Origin: Candidatus Limivicinus sp.
GTDB lineage: Bacteria > Bacillota > Clostridia > Oscillospirales > Oscillospiraceae
Length of the DNA stretch: 64,000 nucleotides
Direction: 5' to 3'
NCBI GenBank assembly: GCA_051866735.1
Contig: JBJDXP010000014.1
Coordinates: 9,374-73,373, forward strand
In this document: positions 63,447 through 64,000 of the stretch, piece by piece
Layout: each line of letters begins with the position of its first letter
How positions within the stretch are numbered: position 1 is the first letter of the stretch
Made by a program: the position numbers and the translations under genes
Notes under the pieces: generated by a model
The model's database searches: none
What the model was told of the DNA's origin: nothing
What the model saw: only the letters and a program-made list of their open reading frames with translations

Positions 63447-63500
63447 CCTTTGACTACCCCTCAGTCGCTTTCAGCGACAGCTCCCCTGACAAGGGGAGCC
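63447..63500. repeat. I'-y-H' composite repeat (inverted relative to 53883-53940)
   Basis: The reverse complement reads ggctccccttgtcaggggagctg + tcgctgaaagcga + ctgaggggtagtcaaagg. Confidence 0.85.
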
Positions 63501-63546
63501 TTTTTGCGGGCGCATCGTGAATCGCCCGGCGGGCGGAGCAAAAAAT

Positions 63547-63580
63547 ATTGTCATCCTTCGCTTGTGCTCAGGATGACAAT
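63547..63580. repeat. Miniature copy of the GTCATCCTGA family
   Basis: attgtcatcc|ttcgcttgtgctcaggatgacaat. The terminal 8-10 nt of both arms are retained and most of the left arm is deleted. Confidence 0.7.
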
Positions 63581-63589
63581 ATTTTTTGC

Positions 63590-64000
63590 TTATTCCTCTT
63601 TCGGTTTTTCAGCAGGCGGATTCTTTTTTGCCTTGCGGGCCTTCCGGCGCTTCTTCCAGACGGGGATGAGGATGGCCAGAACCACGGCCAGGATCACCAG
63701 GGCGGGCAGCGCCCCCACGATGGCCAGCAGCAGGTCCTTGAAAAACTCGCCGGTGCGTTTGAGGCCGTTGCTCAGCGCCAGGGCCAGCTCCTGCCCGTAG
63801 CTCATGCGGCTTTCCGGGGTGTACTCAACGACCTCCTGGACCTCCAGATCCAGGGTGCTGTAGGCCACCTGCCGGTCCCAGTTTTTCAGGGTGGACTGAA
63901 GGCTCTCGATCTGGTAGCGCAGCTCCGTCAGCTTTTCCTCGATGGCGATCAGATCCTCCACGGTCTTTGCCGCTTCCATCATCTCCAGCAGCCGGGCCTC
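63590..64000 (-). CDS. DUF4349-domain membrane-anchored protein, C-terminal part (gene continues past the window end)
   Basis: ...VEDLIAIEEKLTELRYQIESLQSTLKNWDRQVAYSTLDLEV... is followed by a C-terminal TM segment and a Lys/Arg tail, the typical DUF4349 ending. The frame stays open to nt 64000. Confidence 0.7.
   Translation of the reverse strand, partial: EARLLEMMEAAKTVEDLIAIEEKLTELRYQIESLQSTLKNWDRQVAYSTLDLEVQEVVEYTPESRMSYGQELALALSNGLKRTGEFFKDLLLAIVGALPALVILAVVLAILIPVWKKRRKARKAKKNPPAEKPKEE

Noticed and set aside
63180-63800. 206-aa ORF downstream of tdk. Similar ORFs lie at 53695-53979, 53657-53881, 17192-17380, 5009-5314 and 4964-5200.
   Set aside because: All of these lie entirely within the hairpin-repeat arrays. 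Palindromic repeats create open frames on both strands, and there are no ribosome-binding sites.

Overview
This 64-kb window looks like a high-GC, monoderm Clostridia-type chromosome. That assignment is an inference from gene content: glgC/glgD, pth-prs, a PrsA-like parvulin, DivIVA, and lipobox lipoproteins of the BMP and CUT1 types.

The flanks are ordinary. They hold glycogen, PRPP and translation genes, and a tRNA-Asp/tRNA-Thr pair. They also hold a Ugp-like glycerophosphodiester locus with two tandem DeoR genes, and a TRAP-transporter operon that ends in patatin and SGNH hydrolases. A heterodimeric ABC exporter and a dense nucleoside-salvage block (psuG, BMP ABC importer, deoD, udk, tdk) complete them.

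The centre, about 20.8-41.6 kb, is compositionally foreign and AT-richer. It starts where a polyphosphate kinase gene is cut off after about 210 codons. It carries an orphan LytTR response regulator and a long co-directional Wzx/Wzy polysaccharide locus.

Three parts of that locus are the main candidates for new biology:
- A class-V aminotransferase, GNAT, LicD, LicC-like and LicD cassette with no kinase or PEP-mutase partner.
- A complete CMP-Kdo pathway (kdsB-A-D-C) outside any LPS context.
- A sialyltransferase-like (GT42/DUF115) protein that is the obvious candidate Kdo transferase.

Other points worth a second look:
- A 20-codon leader ORF plus terminator upstream of the ABC exporter.
- A fusion of a low-molecular-weight tyrosine phosphatase with barstar.
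- Five intergenic arrays of modular hairpin repeats. Two unrelated families each keep identical outer modules but swap the central hairpin.

I saw no CRISPR array, rRNA, transposase or integrase. All calls rest on reading the translations and the sequence by eye; no searches were run.
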